64,000 nucleotides of DNA. It comes from Squalus acanthias. Its lineage: Eukaryota. The notes beneath the pieces are model-generated. The model searched no databases and was not told the DNA's origin. It was given only the letters and a program-made list of their open reading frames with translations. Position 1 is the first letter of the stretch. Every line of letters starts with the position of its first letter. The DNA lies in NCBI GenBank assembly GCA_030390025.1, contig CM059433.1:18974001-19038000 (forward strand), in the 5' to 3' direction. Below, one piece after another: positions 36,850-51,690 of this stretch. The position numbers and the translations under genes were made by a program.

Positions 36850-37570
36850 TGAAGTCATCCAGTATGGCTCCACCAGAAATCCTGGATTCTGATTTCATAC
36901 CACTTCCTAGCTACTCGCTCAGCGTAAACCTGATGATGCACAATCTTTCTGTCATGTTTGACTGTGAGCTGAGCTACAAATTCCTACACTACCTATCACC
37001 AAGACTGCTATTTCCACCACTAGAATGTCACCTACCTCTGTCCACACATCGCTACTGAAAACATTATACACATTGTCTTCACCTTGAGACTCTACTTCTC
37101 TAACGCGCTCTTCACCAGCTGGCAGCTTCAGGTCTGCTCCTTATACACTCCAACTCACTTAAATCTGCTGCCTACATTCCATCCCTATCAAGTTGTAGCA
37201 GAGACTTCAGCACATCATCTGGACTGACACTTCCCGTGAAGTACGGAGGGAGTACTGCATTTTCAAATGTGTCAACTTTTCGGATTATGCATTAAACTGA
37301 AGTCACATTTGCCTGCTCGGGTGGATGTAAAAGATCTAACTGCACTATTCAAAGAGAAGCAGGGCGCTCTCCCTGTCCTGGTCAATATTCCTCCTTTAAC
37401 CATCACCATTAAAAACAGATCATCCAGCCTTCATTCATTTGCTGTTTGTGGGTTCTTCCTGTGCAATAATTGGCTGCCATCTTGGCTTGCATAACAGTGA
37501 CTGCACTTCAAAAACAAAACAAAATTAATTAATTGGTTGTACGGTGTTTTGGGATGTCCTGAGGACTCAA
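36850..37570 (+). mobile_element. Old L2 fragment (36850-37190) followed by a degenerate DeuSINE (37200-37570)
   Basis: Similarity to the other L2 and Deu copies in the window. Confidence 0.55.
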
Positions 37571-38321
37571 GGGACTACGTGTTTCTTGTGAAGTCCCATT
37601 TATGCATCAACCTGTAACAAAGATAAGTACAGATGAGGGTAGCTACTTGACTAATCTAGTTCATATGGTCCCAGTATAAGTGTCAGCTACAATGCTCTGG
37701 AGTCAAACCCCAACACCCAGGAAACATTGTGTCCTGTTGAACTAATGAATGAATGTTTTGCCTTTTGCAAATAGGGATTCTCACTCTTAAAAAATCTGCT
37801 GACTGACTGATTTGGCATTTGTTACTAGTGGTGCTTTGAAAGATCCAGTCGCATACAAGTTTAATGAAGTAGTAACCTACATGCCAGGAAGAGCCTTCTC
37901 TGTGGGACAAGTTATCCACAGATTTCCCTCTGTGAAGGGTAGGTAGCAAAAGACAAGTTTCCTTTGACAGGCCTAGAAAGAACCGTTAAGAGTAGCTGCC
38001 CACATACCCTGAGGTACAGTTGTCCTGCCTATTGTGTCCACTCAGTGCTGGGTCTTTTTCCTTAAAATCTAGGAGTATTATCGGAACCCCAAAAGAAATT
38101 CCCATCCTGCTTGCTTTGGTTGCAGGATAATTATGAAACTGAGTTGGAAATAAAAGTCTTGCAATGCAAAAAAAAAAATTAGCTTTCACAGCAACAAACA
38201 TTAGTTCACGTTATTAAATCCACATAATTAATAAGCAAAAAAACTAACCTGATAGTCAAAAATTAAAAAGTGATATTCAATTTTAAGAAGCCTACTCCCA
38301 CAGGCCAAGTTATCTTCAGCT

Positions 38322-38745
38322 CTGTCAGCCGTGACTCAGTGGGTAGCACTGTTGCCCGAGTCAGAAGGTTGTGTGTTCAAGTCCCACTCCAGAGACCCGA
38401 GCATAAAAATCTAGGCTGATACTCCAGTGCAGTATAGAGGGAGTGCCGCACTGTCGGAGGTGCTGTCTTTCGGATGAGACGTCCAGCTGAGAGCAGACGG
38501 GGCCATGGTTTGATGTAAAAGATCCCATGGCACTATTTCGAAGAGGAGCAGGGGAGTGATCCCTGGTGTTCTGGTCAATATTGATCTCTCAACATTGCGG
38601 TTTGTGGGAGCTTGCTGTGCGCAAATTGGCTGCCGTATTTCCTACATTACAGTGACTACACTTCAAAAGTATTTCATTGGCTGTAAAGCGCTTTGGGACG
38701 TCTGGTGGTCGTGAAAGGCGCTATATAAATGCAAGCCTTCCTCTT
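38322..38745 (+). mobile_element. DeuSINE (SacSINE1-like): tRNA head, Deu domain, L2-type tail
   Basis: A box TGACTCAGTGG, B box GTTCAAGTCC, Deu motif TCTTTCGGATGAGACG..AAAGATCCCATGGCAC, tail GGCGCTATATAAATGCAAG shared with the L2 3' ends. Confidence 0.8.
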
Positions 38746-40929
38746 TCAAAAGGGCAAGCAGGTTGTGAGAAAGTCACAATATCTAGCAAAAAACACAAAT
38801 TTCGAGGTATAAAGAGATCTTTGCTGCCTATCAGCACAACCTCCAAAGTGCCATTTTTTGTCTTAAATTGTAGCCTGCTGCTACCTGACTTAGTGTCCTA
38901 CATTTCACCCTAGTGAGCCTGTGTACTGCTAATAATGTTTATATTTTCACCACCCAATCATGTAGTATGCACCATATCATCGTTATATTGGCCTGTTTTT
39001 CTTCTCAGTTAACAAACTTCAGACAATGTGTGAGCAGAAGGTTGGCAATATAGAAACCCCTTCTAGTTGTAGCATACATAAAGCAAAAGAAATGTCAAAC
39101 TACACGAGTTTCTTTTAAACCAAAGTCATTTGTTGCCAATTCATAAAACTTATGGTACATTAGAGGGCACTATACAGTACTAACATCTTTGCATGCATGC
39201 TAAGCCTCAACATGTTTCAATGCGCCACTGAAAGGTTTTCCCATGAACAAGAATGAACTCATTAAATAAAACATTAGGTTTTAATTAAATCAGATCAAAT
39301 TTAAAACTAGCTCTAGTACAACTCATGTTGATTGATTAAAATCTGTTCGCCCATGAGAAAGCGTTTCTATGGAGATTAGTAAAAGTAACCAGAGTACATT
39401 CCATTCTCAGAAACCCTTTGAGTTTCAACCACATCAATTACATATCACGGCTGAATTTTTTGACTCAAGATCTTGATTGGCACCGAAACAGATTAATGAG
39501 CTGCAGAATTTAAAATCTGCTGCTACATAATACGGTAGTCAATAACACAATAGTGTACTGCACCCTGGTTAAATTAATTACAAAAAGCAAACTGTCTATA
39601 AAACAAGTTGATTTGCTCAATTTAGCATCGACAAACAAAACTAATGACTATCTACATTTTTTTTTAAAAAAGGAACAGAACTCAAACAATAGCTATAATG
39701 TGCAAACATCCCATGGCACTGAGCCATGGAACTCTGATCTTGGCCATACTACTTAGGGAGGCGCCAAGTATAAATGTTCATAGTAAATGAATAAGCAGAT
39801 TACGTCACAGGAGGTGTTGTGTCTTTGGGTTTTACTCTATTAAGACTAAACTACAAAGCAGTAGCTTGAACTAATTTTAGCAAAACTTGACTCTCACTGA
39901 CTTCGTTAACTCTCTTCATAATACAAAAGCGAGACTAGCATCAGTACTGTAACTCTTATGTGTGAGTATTCATAATGGTCCACAGAGCTCCACAAGACTA
40001 CTTCTGCACAAGATCTATACGGAGATACAAGTTAGAACTGGCAAGTGAAACTCAGCATAAACTTGACAAACAGCAGCTCATTTTTCTAGTAGGTACTTTG
40101 CAACCCTTTCGTCTTAACAGTAACTATAACTACTTAGGACCTTAACCAAAACTCCCGTTTTCTCTCTGGCAGTCAATGCTGGCAATGCGGAATGGCTGTG
40201 TGGTGTTTCCGAGGATTGGGGGGGGGGGGGGGCAGGTTGGTACTTGGGGTGGGCACTCACCATCGGAACACAACTGGTGCAGTAGTCTGTGCCCTTGCTG
40301 GCAAACTGCTTCCCCCCACCCCCATCTTCGACCAGACTCCCGAGCCGCTGCAGCCTGCTCCGCCTTGCTGGTTTTTCATGCTTCCCTTTCTACCTATTTC
40401 CCCTTTGGTTTTTCACACTTTGTCTTGTAACAAAAACATTTTTTTTTTTTTTTAAATCTTGTCTGATGATGTCATTCACTGTTATTCAAACGTGGAGTTT
40501 GCAGAGAAAGAGCTTCAATTGCTTATTTATAAATAAACTGATAGAGGTGACGCTGGGTTGGCCCCAGTGTCACTAACCGAAAGGCAACTGCATAGTGTCT
40601 CCTCAAACTGAGGAAGTACCACCAATATAATTACACATAAAATCTAATTAAACTAAAATACACTCATAATTTAAATCGTAATATTATCGGTGTCGATCGG
40701 ACACTCTATGCCTTGCAGTGCCCACCGGTCGCGGAAAGCCCCAAGCGTACCGGTGGACACCGCATGTTCCCTTTCCAAGGCCACCCTGGCATGGACTAAC
40801 CTGTGAAAGAGTGGCAGGCAGCAGCCAGAGTGACCCTCCCCACGAGCTGTGCGCAGCCTGGAGCTGTGAATGGCTGTCCTCGCCAGTCCCAGGAGCTAAC
40901 CCACGAGAAGGTCCTCAGACTTGCCTGCC

Positions 40930-41215
40930 CCCCTCTTTGTCTTGTATGTGTCTTTTCCTTCTTTGATTTCTCTCATTGTGCCTCCTGATGACATCACATT
41001 TGCCATTCAATCACCTCCTGTCCTCCACCCAAACACTTCACGTGTGGGTACGTGCGTTTTGCTTCCTTTTCCTCATTGTATTCCTATTTAAATGCTGCTC
41101 ATTGTAGTAGCTCCTAGTCCTGAGCAAGAGCCAATGGCTCGAAATGTTGACGGGACTTTTTTCATGGACGCTGTCTGGCCTGCTGAGTGTTTCCAGCTTT
41201 TTCGGTTTTTCTTTT
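40930..41215 (+). mobile_element. Divergent Penelope-like 3' end with a hammerhead-like motif at 41117-41151
   Basis: TTGCCATTCAATCACCTCCTG resembles the PLE 3' UTR at 3010-3035. GTC-CTGAGCA-AGAGCCAATGGCTC-GAAA-TGTT-GAC is followed by CCTGCTGAGTGTTTCCAGC. Confidence 0.6.
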
Positions 41216-41433
41216 CAAAAGCAAAAAAGTCTTTTACACAAACAAAAACAGTTGCCCCTCACAGTTGGATTCAAAGACATCAGACAGGTCTTCCAGCCTG
41301 TCTGTCTCCAGCTAACCAAGGTGACAAGCTGATAATCAGCCAGGCTGAATACATTGATACCTATACATGTAGGTATCAGTAAAGTGCTTCTTGTGAGATT
41401 GACACAAATGGCCTGGCCATTAAAAGATATTGA

Positions 41434-42530
41434 CCCGAAATTTGCAGTGCGTTCGCCGTCATTACTGTGCAAAACTGACAGCAACTTCTGGCGTCCGTAC
41501 AAGCGCAGGTAAATGTGGAAATCCAGAAGTTGCTGTTAGTGATATCTGGCTGCCCGTGTCCTAACTCGCACCAAGTCCCGATCACCCATCACCCCTGTGC
41601 TCGCTGACCTACATTGGCTCCCAATTAAGCAACGCCTTGATTTCAAAATTCTCATCCTTGTTTTCAAAACCCTCCATGGCCTCACCCTTCCCTATCTCTA
41701 AACTCCTCCAGCCCCACCCGAGATATCTGCGCTCCTTTAATTCTGCCCTCGAGCATCCCTGATTATAATTGCTCAACCATTGGTGGCAGTGCGTTCTGTT
41801 GCCAAGGCCCTAAGCTCTGGAATTCCCTGCCTCAACCTCTCCGTCCCTCTATCCTCCTTTAAGATGCTCCTTAAAACCTACCTCTTTGACCAAGCTTTTG
41901 GTCATCTGCCCTAATTTCTCCTTATATGGCTCAGCGTCAAATTTTTTGTCTTATAATACTCCTGTGAAGCGCCTTGGGACATTTTACTATGTTAAAGGCG
42001 CTATATAAATACACAAATATGAAGCCTTGTTGAATGAGGTGTAACGGGGTTTTTAATGGTGTGCTAAGTCATAATGACTGCTGAACAACCTCTCTGGCCC
42101 TGAAAAACTCATTTTTAAAAGTGTGGAGAGTCATTCTTTCCATTTCATGATAAAAATGCCATGATTTTTAAAATAGTTAATTTGTATTTTATCTGTTTAG
42201 TTTGTTTGATATTTCAGCTTCTATCTTAATCGCATGTGTATGTCCTAATCTTTATTTCGCTTTCTGTAAAATGTGTAAAAAAGTGAATTATAATTGTGCC
42301 TTTTACTTCCTGGTTCGCCATCAGAATTCTTGAATCTGATTGGCTGATCAGCCTGCTTGAGGACATCACTGTTGTTGGATGCCACAGATCCCCTACAGAT
42401 GGCGCCAGATTGAAAGTCATGTTGGAATAGGGGAAATTGACGCTCTAGAGCTCACTAAATCTTTGTGGGCAGCTTTCTTCGAGACCAGTGACAACTGCCG
42501 TCCCATCGCCGCTGATCGCAAAACCCAGGC
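41434..42530. mobile_element. Putative non-autonomous DNA element with a subterminal hairpin, interrupted by an L2 3' fragment (41545-42010, +)
   Basis: Hairpin arms 41474-41491 and 41523-41540 match at 17/18. Ends are GACCCGAAATTTGC and GCAAAACCCAGGC. The L2 part is very similar to 5467-5965. Confidence 0.5.
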
Positions 42531-43129
42531 ATTAACTTATGTAGGCCAACTGGTGTCAGGGTATGCAGCTGCACCATCTGTATCTGCTTTTCCTCAATGC
42601 AATTTCTAGTCATTACAGTATGTAGATTCTACCTCAAACACAGACACCTACCTCAACAAAAACCAGAGGTCAACAGCAACAAACAGCAACAGAAATTTGA
42701 AGTGAGCAGATAAAAATGTACAGGCATTATCATTTGATATGTGATCAGCCTCCCTATTCTGCACAAGGTCCCAATCTGCAGCTCGACCGATTGGCCTCAG
42801 AAGGGAATGTTACATGTTAATTGTGAAATCTTGTACAGTACTTTTCTCCTGTATAATTTTCTCTTCCAATCCATCCTCTCCTGAAGGCAGAAACTCATGC
42901 TAGGGTGTAATTCCTTGAGCAGTGATAACCATAGTTACCTTGCCTAATTAACCATATTTGAGGCTGGACAGTGAGTGTTGGTAGAATAGTTGATCATTGG
43001 AGGGGTTGTCACAGCCAAGCTCAATGCTGCCCTCATCCAATACCAATAGTATTTTTTTTTTTAAAAAGCAACGTTAAATAATTCAATCATAGAACCCCAA
43101 ATCTAACATCTAACTGGATTATTTATTTC

Positions 43130-43855
43130 CACGCCCAGGTAACGTCGACCTCGGCCCTTACCTCATCTCCTTCATCAGTGAACCCCTCGTTCATGCTAGT
43201 TATCTCCAGTCTTGATTTCCCTGATGCTTTCTACACCGGTTCCATCCTCCTTCAGCTCCAGCTGAACCAAAACAACACCAGCTGTAGTCTATTTTCCACT
43301 GAGTCTTAATCCCCTATCACCCAGGCCTCTCTAACATCCATTGGTTCCCATCTTCTAAAGCACTGAATTCAAATTCCTCGTTTATTAAACAAAAGCAAGA
43401 TACTGCAGATGTTGGAAATCTGAAATAAAAACAGAAAATGCTGGAAACACTCAGATCAGGCAGCATCTGTGGAGAGAGAAAGATTTAACGTTTTGCGTCA
43501 TTGACTTAATTTTATTTCTTGTTTATTAATCCATCCACGACCTTGGCCCTGCCTACGTCTGCAATCTCCTGCAAGTTTATGTGCCAGTGCACGTCCTCTG
43601 CTCTTCTAATTCTTGCTTCCTTTGCATTCCCCCCCCCCGCCACCACCCCTCTGTTCTACTTTAGGCGGCAAGCATCCAGTCATCTTGGCCTTTTTTCTTT
43701 GCAATACTCACTCTCTCCCATCGAGAACAGCTATTTCATGAATCTTCAGTCATCTACCTCGCGTCTTCTACCAATGCTTTTTGTCTGCTTGTCCTGCTGT
43801 AGACAGTTTTGGGACATTTTACTACATTAAAGGCACTATACTGAATGCAAGTAGC
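43130..43855 (+). mobile_element. Old L2 3' fragment interrupted by a pLTR-type repeat (43392-43500)
   Basis: Similarity to the L2 3' region and tail TTTGGGACATTTTACTACATTAAAGGCACTATA. Confidence 0.6.
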
Positions 43856-46319
43856 AGTTATTGCAAATCACACTTGCAGTCAATATGCAATATTCACCCG
43901 CTTTGACAATTGTTTATAGCTAAAACTGTTCAGGCAATATTGAAGCATTTCCTGTTCAACAAGAATTCTTTTCATTCTTTGCAATCAAACATTGTGCACC
44001 TTTGAACTCCTAGCATGCTAAAAGGTTCTTCCTCCTATGGAACAACAGGATGTTTTGCGATTGTCTATTTCATTATGAAATTGTGTCTGCAATTCAGGAA
44101 GAATGGATAATCAGGCAAAATATGCAGATCAAAAGTTGCTTTCCCATAAGCTGTTAATAAAACAGGACCCAAATACCTTGAAGAAAAAAACTTAACACAT
44201 TAAAGAAAGGAAACCTTGATGCATATAATTAGTAATGGTTATGAGTCACTATACTGTACTCTTTTTCATATCCACAGTATGGTAAACACACTTGGAGCCA
44301 ATAATCCTTTGCCCACTGTGGCTCTTAGTCTTCGAAGCTTAATTTAGCAAATCTTTACAAAATTGCACTCATTTTCAATTAAAACTTAAATTAATAAAAG
44401 AGTGCCACAATAGCGGTGTAAACTTAGCAGCCATTGTGGTAGCGAGTCTACCAGATCAGGAAGCTCCCAGGTTCAATCCCAGGTCTGTGATAAGGTAGCT
44501 GATTGCAGCAGGGACAAGGGTAGCGCACCACAATTAGCTTCAGTGCGACAGGGCTAAGGAGGTAAATAAAATCAAAGGACTCCTGATCATTATCCAAAAA
44601 CTACAGTTAGGCAATGCATATACAGGCACTGAGCAAGGACAGATGTGATAATCTTGCTCCCTCTTTCTGTCTGGGCTGCTGGTATTATGTCTAGCTTCAC
44701 ATATGAAAAGTGGTCACTTGGATGAGGCGCTCAAAGGCTATTAGTGCCGGTACAAATGTAACCCAGCATGAGTTGGTGCCTTCAGTAGGAGGAGAGAAGG
44801 GACTGGGTACCACAGTGGGTTAGGCAATAGCCTTTCTACAATGTGAGTTCAATCCAGCCTAGACTGGCGAGGTACTCCTCTGGGTGCGAGCTTCTGATGA
44901 GTTTAGGAAATCTCTACCCAGATTCCAGTGGGTGGTATTAAGTGGTAATCTCACGCAAAGGGCTAATTGCGGGAGAAATTGATCAATTACACTGGTGCTG
45001 AGGTTGGTGTAAAGATACTCGATTGCTGGCTGTACTGTGCCTGGGAGTGTTTGATGTTGACATTGGATAATTAATAGGGGGAGAAAATGCCCAACTCCCA
45101 AGCACCGACATTCTTTAGAGTTTAAAACAGATGCTGGAAATACATTTGTGTTTGAAAAAAGAAACGTTGGTGCCTTGAGTGTGACCCTTCATCAGAATTG
45201 ATCAGAATCACCTTAACAGAAAGAGGTGCACATATGCAGTTGCTTTGAGGAGTCTGCAACCAGAGAGGCAGACTAGCAAACATTCCAGAGGCTAACAAGA
45301 GGTTAAAGAGATGTTTTGTGAAATCTGAAATACCTTCTGTTATGGGAACAAATAGTTACATGGAAAAATATATCCTCGAAGTCCAGTGCGTCAACGATAT
45401 GAAATTAAGTGACTGTACGTTATGCAAATTTTTGCAAATGTAAGAGACTCATAAATCATGAGGAGCGCAGACAGAAATGAGTCATGATAGGCTTTTTTAC
45501 CAGGGAAAGAACTCATAAGGTATCCGTGGTTCAATATTCTTTTGTATGATTATATTTTACAAGTTTTATAGTGTAGGCCAATAACTGATAACTCCTCTCG
45601 ATCACCACATTTTAAGGCTGCAGTATTATCACTGGCACCCATATAAAAAACTTTTTCTTTTGGGAAAAAAACAAAACCTTATTGCCACAGAATTTTGTTT
45701 CCTCATTTTTAAATGCTTTCCCATGATATGTTGACCCAAGGGCAATCAAATTACCCAAAAATGGTCAATGACTTTACCAGCTGAAGTGCACAAAGTCTGA
45801 AACTCCGATTTTAAATTTGCCTATTAAAAAACCCCCATAGTTATTCAAAACAAACCCCGCATGTCAAGGTCCAGATCTTGGTTTATAAGCAAACATGAAA
45901 GGTCATGCACCACCCAACAAACACTTGAGTGTTTTCAATTCTCAGAACACTGTAGATCATTGCTCCATAAATAAGTATTGTACAAATATTAAATGCAACT
46001 GTTTTACACTAATTTTTCATTACCAATACACTCAAGTATGTAAATTAATTGACAGCAGCATGGCTTACTGAACAGACACCTATAAAAATTTAGATTAAAA
46101 AATGAAAGTGCTTCAGCTACATTTGAAAACTGTGGTAGTGTGCTCAATGCACCAATATACAACTTCAGACACTGCAATATAGTTTAATAGTTTCAATGGC
46201 TAGACTGAAAAGTTGAAGACAGTTAAAATATAATTTATTGGAAATTTCACGGTACAGGTTGCTTCTGAAGAATGCATCTAACGAGTCCCAGTGAAGCTAT
46301 TACACCACCACTGGGCTCA

Positions 46320-48388
46320 TAAGAACAGAGGAGTGGGCCATTCAGCCCCTCAAGCTTGTTCCATTATTCAATGAGATCATGGCTGATCTGTACCCTAATT
46401 CCATTCACCTGCCTTGGGTCCCTGTCCCTTAATACACTTGGTTAGCAAAAATCTGTCATTCTCAGATATAAAATTATTAATTGAGCTAGTATCTACTGAT
46501 CTTTATGGGAGAGAGTTCCACATTTCTATCACCCTTTGTGTGAAGAAATGTTTCCCAACTTCTCTCCTGAATGGCCTGGTTCTGATAAGGTTATGTTACC
46601 TTGTCCAAGGCTCTTGCACCAGTGGTACAAGTTTAGAAAACATAGAAACATAGAAGATAGGAGCAGGAGTAGGCCATTTGGCCCCTCGAGCCTGCTCCGC
46701 CATTCGATGAGATTATGGCTGATCATCCAAACTCAGTACCCTGTACCTGCCTTCTCCCCATATCCCTTGATACCTTTAGCTTTAAGCTTTAAGTTTCTCT
46801 ATCTGTCCTACCCTATCAATTACTTTCAAAATCCTAAATACTCAATCAGGTCACTAATTTGCCTTCAATTCCATGAGCTTTAATTTTAGCAAACAGTCTC
46901 TTAAATGAAACCTTATAGAATGCCTTCTGGAAGTCCAGATAAACTACATCCATAGACATACCCCTGTCTACTACTTTAGTTACTCCCTCAAAAAATTCAG
47001 TCAGTCACTTTGTCCTTAATTATAGATTCCAATAACTTCCCTACAACAGATGTTAGACTAATATCTCTATAATTTCCCCCAGTGAGACTAATGAAATATT
47101 ACAAGCCAGCCTTCTATACACCAAGACACACAAAGACCATGTACAATGTTCAATACCGTGGACTCTACCTGCACCTATTAAAAGGACAAGGTAAGTATTT
47201 GCCCTTAGACTAAAGCTATGGGTTCAGTTCTTAATAGTTTTATTTCTAAACCTCACCTAATTTAAAGAGCAGCTTATCTGTAGAGCTCCAGATTCAATAT
47301 TTTCAGGAAAACAGATAATCTTGAGCGTTGACAAATATCATCTACATTTTAGAAGTGGTTTCTCTCTCTCCCATTTTTCTTCAATAATGGAGTTACATTT
47401 GCAATTTTCTAGTCTAAAGGGACAATTTCTGAATTGAGAGCTTTGGAAGATTATGGCTAATGCAGCTGCAATTTCCTCACCTACTTCCTTTAAAACCCTG
47501 GGGTGGAAACCATCAGGTCCTGGGGATTTGTCAGTTTAGTGCCATTGTTTTTTTCTAATTCTGTTTTCTCACTTACTTTAACTTTAGAGAGTTACATAAG
47601 AACATAAGAAATAGGAGCAGGAGTAGGCCATTCGGCCTCTCGAGCCTGCTCCGCCATTCAAGATGATCATGGCTGATCTTCTACCAAATCTCCACTTTCC
47701 TGCACTATTCCCATCTTGCTTGATTCCCTTAACATCCAAAAATCTATCGATCTCTGTCTTGAATATACTCAATGACTGAGCCTCCACAGCCCTCTGGGGT
47801 AGAGAATTCCAGATTCACCACCCTCTGAGTGAAGACATTTCTCAGCTCAGTCCTTAATGGCCGATCCCTTATTCTGAGACTGTGACCCCTGGTTCTAGAC
47901 TCCCCAGTCAGGGGAAACATCTACCCTGTCAAGCCCTGTAAGAATTTTGTATGTTTCAATGAGATCACCTCTCATTCTTCTAAACTCTAGAGAATATAGG
48001 CCTAGTCTACTCAATCTCTCCTCATAGGACAATACCCCCCATCCCAGGAACCAGTCTGGTGAACCTTTGTTGCACTCCCTCTATGGCAAGTATATCCTTC
48101 TTCCTTAGGTAAAGAGACCAAAACAGTACACAATACTCCAGGTGTGGTCTCACCAGGGCCCTATATAATTGCAGTAAGACGTCTTTACTCTTATACTCAA
48201 ATCCTCTTGTAATAAAGGCCAACATACCATTTGCTTTCCTAATTGCTTGCATATTAACTTTAGTGATTCGTGTACAAGGATACCCAGGTCCCTCTGAACA
48301 CCAACATTTCCCAATCTCTCACCATTTAAGAAATACTCTGCTTTTCTATTTTTCCTACCAAAGTGGATAACTTCACATTTCTCCACAT
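46320..48388 (-). mobile_element. Cluster of nested CR1 fragments; the youngest is 47595-48388
   Basis: KCEVIHFGRKN, LQLYRALVRPHLEYC, FKTEIDRFLD; CR1 tails near 46320, 46640 and 47595. Confidence 0.85.
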
Positions 48389-50547
48389 ATGAACCTTTTA
48401 TGGTTTAGATATGTTGACTCTAATAAATTGTATTCCAAACAGAACATGCAGTTCATTAATTTGCCATACTTTAAAAAGTAGGGAAAAATTCATTACATTC
48501 TTCTGCAGTCTTTGAATTGGAGGCATGCTTTTCTATTATCTTTGAATACATAAATCTCTTTCAAAAACTGCAAAACAGAAACATCACTCAAAATTTTATG
48601 TCAAAAACATGATCAATTCAGAGGAATTTCAGTGGAAGGATGAATGGGCTAAACGCTTAACTACATAGAATTACACAGAATTTACAGCACAGAAACAGGC
48701 TATTCAATGTCAGTGTTTATGCTCCACATGAGCCTCCTTCCACTCTATTTACTTCATCTCACCTATCAACATATCCTTCTGTTCCTATCCCCCTCATGTA
48801 CTTATCTAGCTTCCCCTTAATTGCATCTATGCTATTCACCTCAACCACTCCATGTGGCAGCTGTTAAGTTCATTTCAAATAATTTGGAAGATTGAAGTTA
48901 CTCTACTTTTCAATTCATGATCCAACTGGCTTGCTGTTCATGTGTTTAAAGCATACGCTAGGTTCCATATAATGCATAATTTTAAATATAATAAAAGTTA
49001 TCAGCGCCAACAAATTTGAAGATAAGTATAAACTAAGCAACTGCATTCTTTCTGCTGTGAAGAAATACACAACCATCCCCTGAAGCACAAACTCTGGGAT
49101 TGAGAGTGCATTTAAACACTGCTTCACAGATAAACTGGCAGTGTAAACTCAGTCAGCATCTGACCTGACTCCACAGCAAAGTGGAGAAAGACTTCCGGGG
49201 GGGGGTAGCCTCTCACTGCTTCAGTTTGACACCACATGGAATGTAATCCCGTGCAGCGTCAAAGTTGGCTTACAAAGTACTCATAGGTTCACTTCATAAA
49301 CCTACCAGACTATAATTTGAATGTTTATCAAGCAAGGATTTCCCCCTATCTGCTTTCTAAACATTTATAATTTCTAACTTTTGAGTGACAGCTCTGCATA
49401 TGCATGCATCCAAGTATGTGCAGAGCTCTCTTTAAACAAGGCAGTTCAAAGTTTCAGCTCGGCAGGAGCCAAGAAACAAACAGGGATTTCAGCCTGGCCG
49501 GACGGATCCCACACTAGTCACTGCAGTGTTAATGCTGCAGACTACCTAGTTTCAGAGTATTGCATTTTACGTAAAAGCATTCGTTGAGTTTTTCCGCCTT
49601 CAAGGAAAAAGAAACGTAAGGGTATCTCTCCTGATTTAGAAAGTATTGGACAGGAGCGGCTATAAAATGCAGATTTCAAAGCTAGAAAATCTTGGGATTT
49701 TTAAGCTACTGCTTTGCCCATTAACTGTTCAACGACACTGCAGCATTGTTAAAAATTGAGTATCCTCGTTTATAATCTGTTCGACCGAGTGATCCCACCA
49801 GGCTCAAATTTGCTTTGCTTCATGGTTTATATTTTTGTCCTTTGTCTTGAATGCAATAAAGCACTTTTTTATTCTAATATCTCATCAAACAAAATTGTTA
49901 GTAAGTCAAAATCTAACAAGCCAAAAATAACCATTTATGTTAAAATTGCATAAATCCACTGCATGCTGTAAATCTTGACACTCAATTTCTTAATGTCTTC
50001 ATTTGTAACAGTTCTGTACTGTAGGCATCTTAACTAAATTGATCACACATAACAAGTAACTTGCTGTAAAGTAACTTGACTATGCAACTATTCATGATTA
50101 ATTTTTTATGCATAAAAACAGGCATTAATCTAAATCCTTTAACATGATTACAACATCATATTTTCAGATACTCTGCATGTCAAAGGGGGGCACCTTAGTG
50201 CAAGATTAAGTATAAACAATGACTCAAGTGCAGGTACACGTCTCTGCCCTACTATACTACATTTTGATTAAGTACTCAAAATTTAGTTTGGTGACATTAG
50301 AATAAAAGAGCATCACTGAAGTAATTTTTTTTTTTAATTACATTTCTGGGGTTCCATGGGGACCTCCAGGTAGAGTCTATTTTAACAGTAGAAATGCTGA
50401 AATAAGAGTGATGATTTGACTTCTGTTCCACATGTATGTTCATCACTGGCATTTCTGAAGATTTATGATCCAATTCTCAAACATTCATTTCCCGCTACGT
50501 CTCACCAATCCCCACTGAAATCTTGGAAGAGGGGAAAAAAAAAACTA

Positions 50548-51690
50548 TTCAATGATGGAGTCTCCTGTCGAGTCAATGGATGAGTCTCAGTTGTTGTGGG
50601 TGCGCTGAGGAGAGAAGAGCCCACTCCTGGACGCACATATATGGTCGAACATAGCGCAATGGAAGCCAAACGAGTTGCCGTGTGTGCCAGGTGCTTGGCA
50701 GCTAGATCTTGCAACTTGACAACCTCAAATTCATTCAAACTGACCCAGCAGATGTGATGCAATAGTGATCTATCAGTAGCTGAGTCTTCCCAGGTGGCAG
50801 GGTTAATATTGCAAGATTTTAATGGTGACTTTGGGGATTCTACAATCAAGTATGCAAATGACAAGTCCAGACCAACATGCCTGGGCCTTTTTGATTGTGG
50901 CCTCAAGTCCAGTTATATTGCAGTGCTTGAGGACAGTGTTAGGCACCCTGTCATGCCAGCGATACATCATAGACAGCACAGTGGAAATGGTCAAGTTGCT
51001 TAATGTGATGGCAGCAGCAGATTCACGACTCCAATCCATACAGTAGGACAACAACTTGGTATATAGCGATGTCTGTTAGCAAAGTAACCCTTCGTTCCTG
51101 CCAGATCTTCAGAGTTTGCTAAAGTTGAACTAGCCCTGCCAATCGGTGGGTTTGATTATGGCGTTCTCTTGTAGAACACCATAATTGACGTTGTCCTTCA
51201 TTATGGCATTCTGCGAAAGAACGCTATCCAAGTAGCAGAATTTGTCCATGACCTTGGGTGGTACAATGACCAGGTATGGGCTGGACCATGACTTCAGTCT
51301 TTTCCAGCATTTTCTGTTTTTATTTGAGTCTTTTTCAAGTTGATTGTAAGGCAAAAATGCTCTGTTGCTTGAGCAAAGCAGTCGGAAGTCCTCAAGTGTG
51401 TGGGTGAGTAACATGCAGTCATCAGCAAGAGCACATAGTTAATGTTTACCTGCATTACTTTCAAATTAGTTCTCAGCCAAAGGTTGAAGAGGCCACCATT
51501 TGCATGGGATCGAATATAGATTCCCCTGTCTCAGTTCTTGAAGGCCTGAGCAGTACCACAGCAAATAGTATGCTGAATAGGGTTGGGGCAAGAACACAAC
51601 CTTTGTTTGATGCTATTAGTGACTACAAATGGTGATATGTGACCCTGTTCTATTGCTCGGGCCATCATACCAACATGTAACAATGTTCAC
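50548..51690 (-). mobile_element. RTE-clade LINE fragment, degenerate
   Basis: KQGCVLAPTLFSILF, KFCYLDSVLS, RWHDRVPNT.VL, WSG..RIPK, NPATWEDSATDRS: RTE-type RT and C-terminal motifs. Confidence 0.75.
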
